Positions 12,121 to 22,897 of a stretch of 28,692 bases of DNA are shown here, piece after piece. The notes under the pieces are model-generated. The model saw only the letters and a program-made list of their open reading frames with translations. It had not been told where the DNA came from and searched no databases. Within the stretch, counting starts at the first letter, position 1, and each line of letters begins with the position of its first letter. The DNA comes from Macrostomum lignano (lineage: Eukaryota): the NCBI GenBank assembly GCA_002269645.1, contig NIVC01002643.1:1-28692 (forward strand), written 5' to 3'. The position numbers and the translations under genes are program-made.

Positions 12121-13853
12121 CAGTAGAACTACCAAGAGGGGGGGAAATTTCCCCCCCTGACAATTTTTTTTGCTGCGCCGGAACGGAGCAACGCAGGCAC
12201 ACGAAATTCAAGAACACGGGCTAACTTTTTGTTGCGCACCTTCTCAAACAAGAATCAAGTCGCCAGCCCTCCGGACCGTTGAGATATTTGACGATTCTGC
12301 CAGAAGGTCGGATTTTTCCCATAAGTGCTAGTGTATTCAGTACACCCCTGTGCGCCAATTAGCACTGCGCCGCAGTGCAGCCTTGCCAAGTCTCCAAATT
12401 TCATCAGCACGTCGAACACATGTGTCTGCATCAGTTCTGACTTCGTTGGTCACTAGCCTTCACCCAAGTGGAGCTTCTGGACCCTCAACAGCTGTGGCAC
12501 CAGGTGACTATGGACACCCTGATGCGGATTTCTCTAGTTTCGCCGATCAAGCCTCGACAGTGGGCAAGAATCAACCGCCAGACATTCTCAGCTAGTCTCT
12601 CAAGCATTCCGTCATCATCCCGACGCCGTCGGGACGCCGGGACGTCGGGACGCCGTCATCATCCCGACGTCCCGATCCCGACAGCCTGTTGCAAATATGT
12701 CAGGTTTTTCTTATCAAGCTTCAATAATGAGCAAACCTCAACTTCTGGACATCCTCAGCTAGTCAGTCAAGCATTCAGCCATCACCCCGACGCCGTCGGC
12801 ACCTTTAACAGGTGGCACCAGGGGAGTAAGGACACCTGAGCGTGATTTTTTATCATGCTCTTAACATTTCTGAAGCTCTCAAAATTTTTAAAGCACGGAC
12901 ATTGCTATAGTTAAGCTTGAACTCATGTTGCTGTATATTTATATTATTATTACACATACTTTTATGCATACGAGCTACATACGTATTTTATTCGAAAAGC
13001 TGTTTAGTTTATTCAACTATAAGATTGAACCCAATTTTTATGCAGAAAGGGTTATGCTTTTAAGAAGCCAGTAAATTCAATCCGTTTTTTCATTTTTTAA
13101 TAATAAGAAAAACCTGACATTTTTGCAACAGGATGTCCATTGTCACCTGGTGTAATCTGTTGAAGGAGCCGACGGCGTCCGGTTGATGGCTGAATGCTTG
13201 ACTGACTAACTGAGGATGTCCAGCAGTTGATTTTTGCCCACTATCGAGGCTTGATCAGCGAAACTAGAGATTTCTTATCAGGCTGTCCATAGTCACCTGG
13301 TGTAATCTGTTGAAGGAGCCGACGGCGTCGGGATGATGACGGAATGCTTGAGAGACTAGCTGAGAATGTCTGGCGGTTGATTCTTGCCCACTGTCGAGGC
13401 TTGATCGGCGAAACTAGAGAAATCCGCATCAGGGTGTCCATAGTCACCTGGTGCCACAGCTGTTGAGGGTCCAGAAGCTCCACTTGGGTGAAGGCTAGTG
13501 ACCAACGAAGTCAGAACTGATGCAGACACATGTGTTCGACGTGCTGATGAAATTTGGAGACTTGGCAATGCAGCACTGAGGCGCAGTGCTGATTGGCGCA
13601 CAGGGGTGTACTGAATACACTGGCACTTATGGGAAAAATCCGACCTTCTGGCAGAATCGTCGAATTTCTCGACGGTCCGAAGGGCTGGCGACTTGATTCT
13701 TGTTTGAGAAGGTGCGCAACAAAAAGTTAGCCCGTGTTCTTGAATTTCGTGTGCCTGCGTTGCTCCGTTCCGGCGCAGCAAAAAAAATGTCAGGGGGGAA
13801 TTCCCCCCTCTTGGTAGTTCGACGGGCGGAAAAATGGCTTGGTATTCCTACTG
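12121..13853. mobile_element. Non-autonomous foldback DNA transposon (1733 bp) with TIRs of at least 500 bp and TTAA flanks
   Basis: TTAA at 12117-12120 and 13854-13857; termini CAGTAG...CTACTG. 12126-12632 is the reverse complement of 13319-13820 apart from 9 substitutions and small indels. Further arm homology between 12685-12713 and 13104-13132. No transposase ORF. Confidence 0.88.
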
Positions 13854-14516
13854 TTAAGCGAAAGATATATGTGGTTGGAGTTCAACTAGTGCGCAAAAAT
13901 GTAAAATAATGAACGCCAAACGTGATTCCCCAAAGTCCCTGATGAAATCGGTCCCAAAAGTGCTTGGGTCTCGCTGAGCACAGGTACAATGGGTATTATA
14001 CATTCATGATGGATATTTTCCTGCGTTTCTTAGGAAGCTCAACGACTTCGAGATTCTTCAAGCGAAGTAGCAGCATAGTGAGTGGCCGTGGCTACAAATC
14101 CAGCCTCCGTGCCAATCAGACCCATGCGACAGTGAAGAAATATAAGCAAATAAACTGCCTGCCGAGGACGAGACTGATCAGATTTTCCATCTCAACAGTG
14201 TGAGCACCTATCTTATACGCCTGACATATGGGCGGCCAGACCTCCCCACTTAATTGAACTGATGATTGCAGGGAATGAACCAGGCGCGAGCTGGCGGGCT
14301 CAAGTATGGGGATTAGGATTGGTGGCCAACATCCTCTTCCCCATTATCTATTCAAAGCCTCGCTCGGTGCTTTCTCCCCTGCCTGCGCCTCTGTCCTCAC
14401 GCCCAATTATTATCCCAGCCATATGGAGGGGATGGATGGAGAGAGTGAGACTGCGGGGAAGCTGGCGGGAAGGTGAAAGGACGCGAAAAAAATTAGGATA
14501 AATTAGGGCTGCCAAA

Positions 14517-14727
14517 GAGGGAAGTGAGGGTGAGACAGAGGGAGTGGGAGAGGGAGTGAGGGTGAGACACAGGGAGTGGGAGAGGGAAGTGAGGGTGAGA
14601 CACACGGAGTGGGAGAGGGAAGTGAGGGTGAGACACACGGAGTGGGGGAGAGAAGTGAGGGTGAGACACACGGAGTGGGAGAGTTTGGGGGAGAGAAGTG
14701 AGGGTGAGACACACGGAGTGGGGGAGG
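14517..14727. repeat. 33-bp G-rich minisatellite (GAAGTGAGGGTGAGACACACGGAGTGGGAGAGG), about 6 copies
   Basis: Visible period; source of the VRVRHTEWERE ORF. Confidence 0.93.
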
Positions 14728-15344
14728 TAATGGGCAATTTCTCCATCTTGGCGATGTTCAAATCTGGCAGGCAAATGACATCTTTTTGAATCGCAAAGTC
14801 AGCAATTGAGAGACGTGCAATTGTCTCAACGATAAAATGCATCAATCATAAAAGACGAACATATTAAATCCGCATGTATGGATAGAGAATTTAATGAAAA
14901 TTCTAAAATTCCTGAGCTCATCAAAAAGGCGTCACTAATTGTTCTACTATTAGTAGGAAGAAATGAATATTATCAACAATTTTTGCTTGTGTTCGGCCGT
15001 CAGAGGAATGCATCTATCAATAGAACGGTAAAAATAACCCTGACTGACAGGGGAAAAGGCTAAGCTAACTGAATTAAAATCAAAAGGTGTGCAAAAATAG
15101 CTGTAGGCATTAAAATCGTGTTGCATTACAAAACTGAGAGATCTATACAAATACAGTAAATCTGCCGACTAGCATCTAACAGGGGGTTCGCGGCTCAAGC
15201 GGTGTTGCGTCCCCCCCCCCCTTAGCCCTCAACTCTGAGGTTCTTAGAAAGGCACCAAAGTGGCATAGAGTCTGCGCGCTACATTGGGTGTCATGGGCGC
15301 CTTAAGTTTGCAAATTGGAAATAAAACAATATTTTATGATGCTA

Positions 15345-15622
15345 AATCTAGTGGCTCAAAAATATAATCTAGTGGCGTCAAAATGTAATCTAGTGACGCC
15401 AAAACAGAATCTAGTGGCGCCGAAATCTAATCAAGAGGCGCCAAAATAAAATATAGTGGCGCCAAAGTTTAATCAAGTGGCGCCAAAGTTTAATCAAGTG
15501 GCGCCAAAATATAATCTAGTGGCGCCAAAATATAATCTTGTGGCGCCAAAGTATAATCAAGTGGCGCCAAAATAAAATCTAGTGGCGCCAAAAAATTGGT
15601 GGCGCCAAAATATAATCTACTC
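15345..15622. repeat. 21-bp minisatellite (ATCTAGTGGCGCCAAAATATA), about 13 copies
   Basis: GCGCCAAA at 15480, 15501, 15522 and 15543 gives a period of 21. Confidence 0.95.
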
Positions 15623-15792
15623 TCGCCAACTCATAAGCTTTGTTGGCGCCAGAGTCCATTCCAGATGCGTCAAACTGAGTAGGACAGACACCGCATCGCG
15701 TATACCGCCGATTATGGGGAAATGAGGAAGATGGGAAAATTCCCCCCACAATGAAATCCCGCAGATTTTACTCAGCCGGGGGGGGGGCGCGG

Positions 15793-16524
15793 TCAGTCCA
15801 GCCGGAAGAAATGGCAGCTGACCAGCGCGGACACTGCGCGCCCCCGGCAAGCGGCCACCCGGCTGAAATCCCGGCTGTTGTCGGCGGCGCTCCGGCACAG
15901 TTGGTGGAACCGGGACTCGGGCGAGCCGGCCTTGGCCAGGGTTACCATGGTGACGAATTTGAAACGAGAGTTGGTACCAGACACGAGCAGTTGCAAAATC
16001 TGCTTAGCTATCTGGACAGCTCTGTGCGAACAATCCTCGGGCTCGTAGTCAATCAAGGACTCCAGCTCCCGCTGCACACAGTCCAGCACTTGGCTCCAGC
16101 GGTCCTGGAGGCCGGCGGCCAGGGCGGCATCGGCTGAGTCGGCCAGCAGCCAGGAGGCCAGCGCCGGCTCAGCTGGTAGATTATCATAGACGGACTGGGA
16201 GCTGCCGACCGACGAAGCGGAGGAGGACGCCGGTGGATCCGCGGTGCCATCCGTTGGCATCCTCGGCGAGTCTTCGGCGATCGACCAGAGACAGCAAGCC
16301 TCAGAAGGCTCGTCCATCGCGTTGCCGGCCGATGGAGACAGAGGGACAATTATCGCAGCCTCATCCGGCTCAGCCTCCGCCTCCATCGCGTCCTCATCCC
16401 CATTGATAGGTTCAAATATTACTTTTTCGGCGACTGGGAACTGTCTAAGCAGTACATTGTTTGACTCGACAATGGGAGTCGTAACGGCGTCCAACTGAGA
16501 TTCTGAACCAGACCGTTGCGCATC
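15793..16524 (-). CDS. Tctex-1 family (dynein light chain Tctex-type) domain protein, last exon
   Basis: Acceptor ccccatttttcag at 16525, phase 0. The last 100 aa or so (VLDCVQRELESLIDYEPEDCSHRAVQIAKQILQLLVSGTNSRFKFVTMVTL...DNSRD...AVSALVSCHFFRLD*) follow the Tctex-1 pattern (YxP helix, RYKxVVxVTI strand, WDxxxD, terminal beta strand). Recognised by pattern only. Confidence 0.75.
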   Translation of the reverse strand, partial: DAQRSGSESQLDAVTTPIVESNNVLLRQFPVAEKVIFEPINGDEDAMEAEAEPDEAAIIVPLSPSAGNAMDEPSEACCLWSIAEDSPRMPTDGTADPPASSSASSVGSSQSVYDNLPAEPALASWLLADSADAALAAGLQDRWSQVLDCVQRELESLIDYEPEDCSHRAVQIAKQILQLLVSGTNSRFKFVTMVTLAKAGSPESRFHQLCRSAADNSRDFSRVAACRGRAVSALVSCHFFRLD

Positions 16525-16610
16525 CTGAAAAATGGGGTAAAAATGCGATGAATACTGAACTGATGTAGAGCGTTTAAAGTTCTGACTAGGTCTTCTTGTT
16601 GGCTACATTA

Positions 16611-17390
16611 ACCTCTCCCTCCTGTATCTAGGCCCACTGCGGCTCACGCACTCTTCCCACTGGACCTCTGCAGCTGCCTCTCCCTCCTGTATCTAGGCCC
16701 ACTGCGGCTCACGCACTCTTCCCACTGGACCTCTGCAGCTGCCTCTCCCTCCTGTATCTAGGCCCACTGCGGCTCACGCACTCTTCCCACTGGACCTCTG
16801 CAGCTGCCTCTCCCTCCTGTATCTAGGCCCACTGCGGCTCACGCACTCTTCCCACTGGACCTCTGCAGCTGCCTCTCCCTCCTGTCCCTCAGCACACTGC
16901 AGCTCCCGCACTCTTCCCACTGGACCTCTGCAGCTGCCTCTCCCTCCTGTCCCTCAGCACACTGCGGCTCACGCACTCTTCCCACTGGACCTCTGCAGCT
17001 GCCTCTCCCTCCTGTATCTAGGCCCACTGCGGCTCACGCACTCTTCCCACTGGACCTCTGCAGCTGCCTCTCCCTCCTGTCCCTCAGCACACTGCAGCTC
17101 CCGCACTCTTCCCACTGGACCTCTGCAGCTGCCTCTCCCTCCTGTCCCTCAGCACACTGCAGCTCCCGCACTCTTCCCACTGGACTTCTGCAGCTGCCTC
17201 TCCCTCCTGTCCCTCAGCACACTGCAGCTCCCGCACTCTTCCCACTGGACCTCTGCAGCTGCCTCTCCCTCCTGTCCCTCAGCACACTGCAGCTCCCGCA
17301 CTCTTCCCACTGGACTTCTGCAGCTGCCTCTCCCTCCTGTCCCTCAGCACACTGCAGCTCCCGAACTCTTCCCACTGGACCTCTGCAGCT
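16611..17390. repeat. 65-bp minisatellite, about 12 copies in two variants, filling the Tctex-like gene intron (16525-17424)
   Basis: CCTGT unit start at 16621, 16686 and 16751; ATCTAGGCCC versus CCCTCAGCAC variants. Confidence 0.96.
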
Positions 17391-17424
17391 ATATACCTGT
17401 ATAGCATTCCCCCCAGCCACCTAC

Positions 17425-17619
17425 CCTGTGCAGCTGGGCCGCAGCATCCGTCAGAGCGTTGTGCTCCTCCTCGCTGACCTCCCGGCCGAGTCCTTCGTCA
17501 TCGGTTTCGCCGCCATTGACGCCGGCGGACTCTGACGAGGCGCAGTTGGCAACCGTTGCAGATCGGCGCTGCCCTGAGCAATGCCAGCTAAGCTCTGAAG
17601 CCGTCGCTTTGACTTGCAT
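17425..17619 (-). CDS. Upstream coding exon of the Tctex-1-like gene (true start uncertain)
   Basis: MQVKAT...GETDDEGLGREVSEEEHNALTDAAAQLHR, then donor gtaggt at 17424 in phase 0, in frame with the 16524 acceptor. Confidence 0.7.
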
Positions 17620-18385
17620 CGCTAACAGTTGCTGGCATTGAATCTTTCAGTGAGTGTAGAGATCGAGAGACCGACAATTGCTTCGCCTCCGCCAACAACT
17701 TGGAATTATTAAACTTTGAATTGCCGCAGTTCTGCAGCTCGGGTTTCAGGAAAAAACTTTTCTAACCCTTTGGCGCCAGGCTTTGCACCGGATTTCGCCC
17801 GAGATGCCCTCCGAGTGCGGCATGCATTCTTATAAGTGCGCCATAGGGGGGGGTTGCTGTCTTTTGGCACCATGGGGCGAGCAGCGGTAGAATTCATAGC
17901 TGGGGGACAGGGCAAAGAGCAGCACAGTCAGAGACGTCCGACGGACAGGTTCAATTAATTCATTTTGTATTCAAAGCATGCGAGTGCCAACCCGAGCGTA
18001 ACAGCTAACAGAATAGAATGGCGATAAACTCTATTGGAACAATAAGTGTTGTTGGCGCGCAGAGAGGCACAGAGGCTACAGTGCAGCGCACTCATGGATG
18101 CGGAGAGAGATGAGGCAGAAGCCTATTTTCCCAGCAAAGCAGAGCAGTGAGGCAGGGACAGCGAAGCAAGCTCAGTCCATATGATTACTCGGCTGCAGAT
18201 GGCTATGCCTGCTGCTCAAGATCTGCATAATTAAAGGAAAGGAGACAACTCAGCTTAGGGATGGATTATAATTATAGCACACACGTGACCGTCCTCTTCA
18301 ACAATCAGCTTTCCCTTCTGTATATTCTACTATAGAGAGCGCAAGAAAACTGAAAAAAAAACACAGGATTCGAAAAAACCGTCTG

Positions 18386-18991
18386 CATGGGCGTCGCCAT
18401 GGATTTTATGGTGGGGGACAAAGCCAAGAATTCTACATGCACATGTACATGACTAAATTCCTACATGTACCCCTTTCCTACCTTTGAGTCGGTGTTATCA
18501 GTGCTCATTTTAGCGCCGCAGGCACTCATTTTAGCGCCGCAGGCACTCATTTTAGCGCCGCAGGCACTCGTTTTGGCGCCGCAGGCACTCATTTTAGCGC
18601 CGCAGGCACTCATTTTAGCGCCACAGGCACTCATTTTAGCGCCACAGGCACTCATTTTAGCGCCACAGGCACTCGTTTTGGCGCCGCAGGCACTCATTTC
18701 AGCGCCACAGGCACTCATTTCAGCGCCACAGGCACTCGTTTTGGCGCCGCAGGCACTCATTTTAGCGCCGCAGGCACTCGTTTTGGCGCCGCAGGCACTC
18801 ATTTCAGCGCCACAGGCACTCATTTTAGCGCCACAGGCACTCATTTCAGCGCCATAGGCACTCGTTTTGGGGCCGCGGGTGCTCTATTTTGTCACTCTGA
18901 AGCAAAACTATTGATTTCCATAACAGGTCACAAGGGGTGGAGGGAACAAGCCCCAGCTCCCCCAGCTGTCCCTCCGAAGGCGACGCGCCTG
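18386..18991. mobile_element. MITE-like element, possibly hAT-type, carrying an internal 21-bp array
   Basis: Ends CATGGGCGTCGCC / GGCGACGCGCCTG are imperfect inverted repeats. Flanking 8-mers ACCGTCTG (18378-18385) and GCTGTCTG (18992-18999) match 6/8; both differences are transitions. Confidence 0.5.
18503..18870. repeat. 21-bp minisatellite (CTCATTTTAGCGCCGCAGGCA), about 17 copies
   Basis: Visible 21-bp period; source of the SACGAKM and LILAPQA ORFs. Confidence 0.97.
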
Positions 18992-19273
18992 GCTGTCTGT
19001 AATTTTAAATAAATACTTGTCTTAAAGCCTAATCAATGCTTTGCAGCTCTCACAGACTAACACTACGCTCGTAGCTTGTAAATTTTATAGATATATCGAA
19101 ACAAAAATTGAAAGTGGCCAAATCGCTAGGTACTGAAATTGATGGAGAATGACAACACACTATTTTCTAGTTGCTTTTCACCTAATAATAGTAAATAGTT
19201 AACAGCAAGAGCGGGCAATGCGAAGACTTAAGAAGTAGACTTTCGTATAGTTCAAGCGAGGTTAGTAGTACAT

Positions 19274-19740
19274 TAATACCCATGCTTTAAGGGCGTTAAT
19301 GGGAAAATCAGAGGGCGCCGTTAGGACAAGGCGCCCGAGGATTTCTCATTAACGCCCGCAAAGCATGGGTATTACTATCATTGTTTAGCAATTTGACGAT
19401 CATTATTCACATTTTTAATGCAGAACAATACATTACTACAAACAATGTATTGCCTGTAGGATCGTCAAACAGAAAAACAATGCAAAGAATCAGCGGTCCC
19501 AGTGCGTGACAACGATTGTCTGGCGAGCGCCGTTATTTATCCATTAACTGCCCGCTAATTTGCATTAAAGTAAGTGTGACTCCTGCAAGCGGGCTTCAAT
19601 GTAGTTTATGGCATTAAAAGGCAAGAATAAGTGCCCAGCGGGCACAAAGGTCATGGTACAATGGAGGAATCCAGCACGCTGACGAGTGCGTCAATGGCTG
19701 AAACACGAGTGCGCGTAGCGCACGAGGGTTTTTGCCATAG
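19274..19740. repeat. Multi-hairpin dispersed repeat, copy 1
   Basis: 101-nt palindrome at 19274-19374; 19380-19547 is homologous to 25011-25233; further short hairpins at 19643-19657 and 19709-19723. Confidence 0.8.
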
Positions 19741-19766
19741 ACGCACAAGTCAAAGTGCTTGATTCC

Positions 19767-20079
19767 CATTCTTATTTGATCCAACATGTGTGGCTAAAGT
19801 AGACAAGGGTGGAGCTGGGGTGTGGAGTTAGACTTGAACCATAGACAAAATATGCGCGAGCTAGTCTGAACATTCTTGCACGATGGAAAGAAGATTATGC
19901 TTGTAGTCTATGGCTGTTATGCTAAATATAGAAACATTGCGCATTACATTCTTGCACGATTGACATTCCTGCACGGAGTGCACATGTAAATCCAAGGTGC
20001 TTTTACCATAGACACTTGCATTTCTGCACGCATATGGCGACTTCCAAAGCATTCTTGCACGCTGGATCAAATAAGAATG
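19767..20079. mobile_element. MITE-like element with 17-bp perfect inverted repeats
   Basis: CATTCTTATTTGATCCA (19767-19783) and TGGATCAAATAAGAATG (20063-20079); five internal copies of CATTYYTGCACG. No clear TSD. Confidence 0.5.
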
Positions 20080-21840
20080 CCTATAATAGTTGCCTCAACC
20101 CAGCTACTGGTAATGCTTGGCTTTGTGACAAAAAGCTTCCTGACAAACTTCTATCGATCGATCGCTACATGTCTATGGCCTTTAGCTAAACTGGCACCAT
20201 AGAACCCTCTGCTTCCTCGCAAAGTTCCATGACAACGAGAAATAAATCAATTTAAGGACGAGTTTAAGGCCTAGATAGCCAAGTTGGACATAAACTACTT
20301 GAGTCATTTTGTCGTCAATTATATTCGAACAGGACTCATCAGGACTTAACACTGGCTAAGAGATAAAAAACTAAATAGATAAATGTATCCAGATATACAT
20401 TTTAAATTGCACTCTGCCATCGTTAGCACGCGTTTTGTCCAAATTGGCGTCGTAAGCTTAAATTCAGAAGAAAAGTGCTTCCAATCCAGGTCACACCCTG
20501 TCCACTCGGCATAGAAGTCCATGCTGAGATTTTAGCGAACCAACTAAAAAACGTTAAGACAATTTGTTTATTAGGCAGCCATAGCAAGAGCGCTGCGGGA
20601 CAAAAACCGCGCCTCTTCAATTGAAACCACAGTGTTCACACCTTCATTCACAGCCCACCTGCAGAGCAAACTGTGAAGCAAAGCAAGAAGAAAAACCCAA
20701 TTAAATTGTTATCTAATTAAACTAAACCTAGCAGACCATAAGCTCAGCAGACAAAGCAGACTTTATTCTCATTGAAATAAAATAAAACAACCTAAAAGCA
20801 AATTTTTATACAGAATGTTATTTAGAAGTGGGGCAAGACTGATTGCGAAACACGGAGAGTAATTTAGCTTGCAACGTTTTAAGCTAATTATCCGTTGCTA
20901 TTATTATTATTTAAATGATCATGCACTCGCTTTACAGGAAGCCACAACAAAGGTTAAGGGTTAGCGAATTCGGGATAATCTAATTAGCTTGAAACAAAGC
21001 AAATTGCGCAGCATTTGCCCCGCCCACAGATACGAGAATAACTAAATGGACCACTCCGCACATTTGCATGTAAGCTACTTTCAGGTCAGTAGCAAGTTAA
21101 ACTGAAGCATTTTAATGTATTTTTAAAGCCAAGGCTCATTTTATTGGCTCTTACCCCTTCCCCCCCAGCTTCAAGCCTCCAACCGCGACTTTCCACACTA
21201 CCCCCCGCCCCGCCCCAATTTTTATTGCCTTTCTCGGAATTCCAGCCTAAAGCTGCCATGTACATTTCAGTGGACTGGCTAATGTACATTATTGCTGAAC
21301 CAATTAGCAAGTTGTTTACGCCTGCAAGCTTGGGCTTCTAAACTTATCAAATTCATTTCAGCTGGCCTTTTTTATAAAATAGCCTTTGTATTCTTCTTTG
21401 CTACTGAACTGAAAGTAGAACGCTGTTTTACTTGCCTGTGGCCCATCCAGTTATTCTACAATAGTATCTGTGGCCGCCTAAGCAGGATACGATTAACTGT
21501 GTAAAAAGCAAGTAAGATATGCTTTTAATCAGACTTGAGGATATGCGCTGGATGCAATGGGAACATTAAATATAATATATAGAAAACACTGACAAAGCAG
21601 AAAAATACAAACTCCCCAAGCATTAGTAAGTGAGAAAATTGCTAACAATGACTGGGGCACTACTAAGAGGGCTGTAGACATAAAAAATAACAATTTTTTA
21701 ACGCACAACAATTCAAGTGAAAGATGATTGCGTCACACAGAACTAAAGGGAACACGTTTCAGAGTTTAATCAGACAGAAACAAACAAACCAAGCGACACA
21801 GAACAAGTTTTTGTTATAAACAACAAGTTACAATGATCTT

Positions 21841-22790
<950 letters not shown>

Positions 22791-22897
22791 CTGTCTATCT
22801 GTCTCACCCACTCTGCCCCCATCCTGTGTTTTTCCCTCAGGTTAACTATCTATAGCCTATCGCGCTCGATCCATAAGCCAGAACTCTCAGTACTTAC

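Noticed and set aside
13540-13620. CTGATGA as a hammerhead ribozyme core (also at about 11274, 13940 and 14259)
   Set aside because: No stem II followed by GAAA and no compatible stems I/III at any of these sites.
12350-13909. ORFs within the foldback arms as transposase remnants
   Set aside because: They are mirror-image ORFs produced by the inverted repeat, with no DDE/D or DNA-binding motifs recognisable.
11414-13912. Possible outer TIR pair (TTGGCGTCATTTTTGCGC versus GCGCAAAAATG...AACGCCAA) enclosing the foldback element
   Set aside because: The match is short, needs a gap of about 10 nt, and has no TSD.
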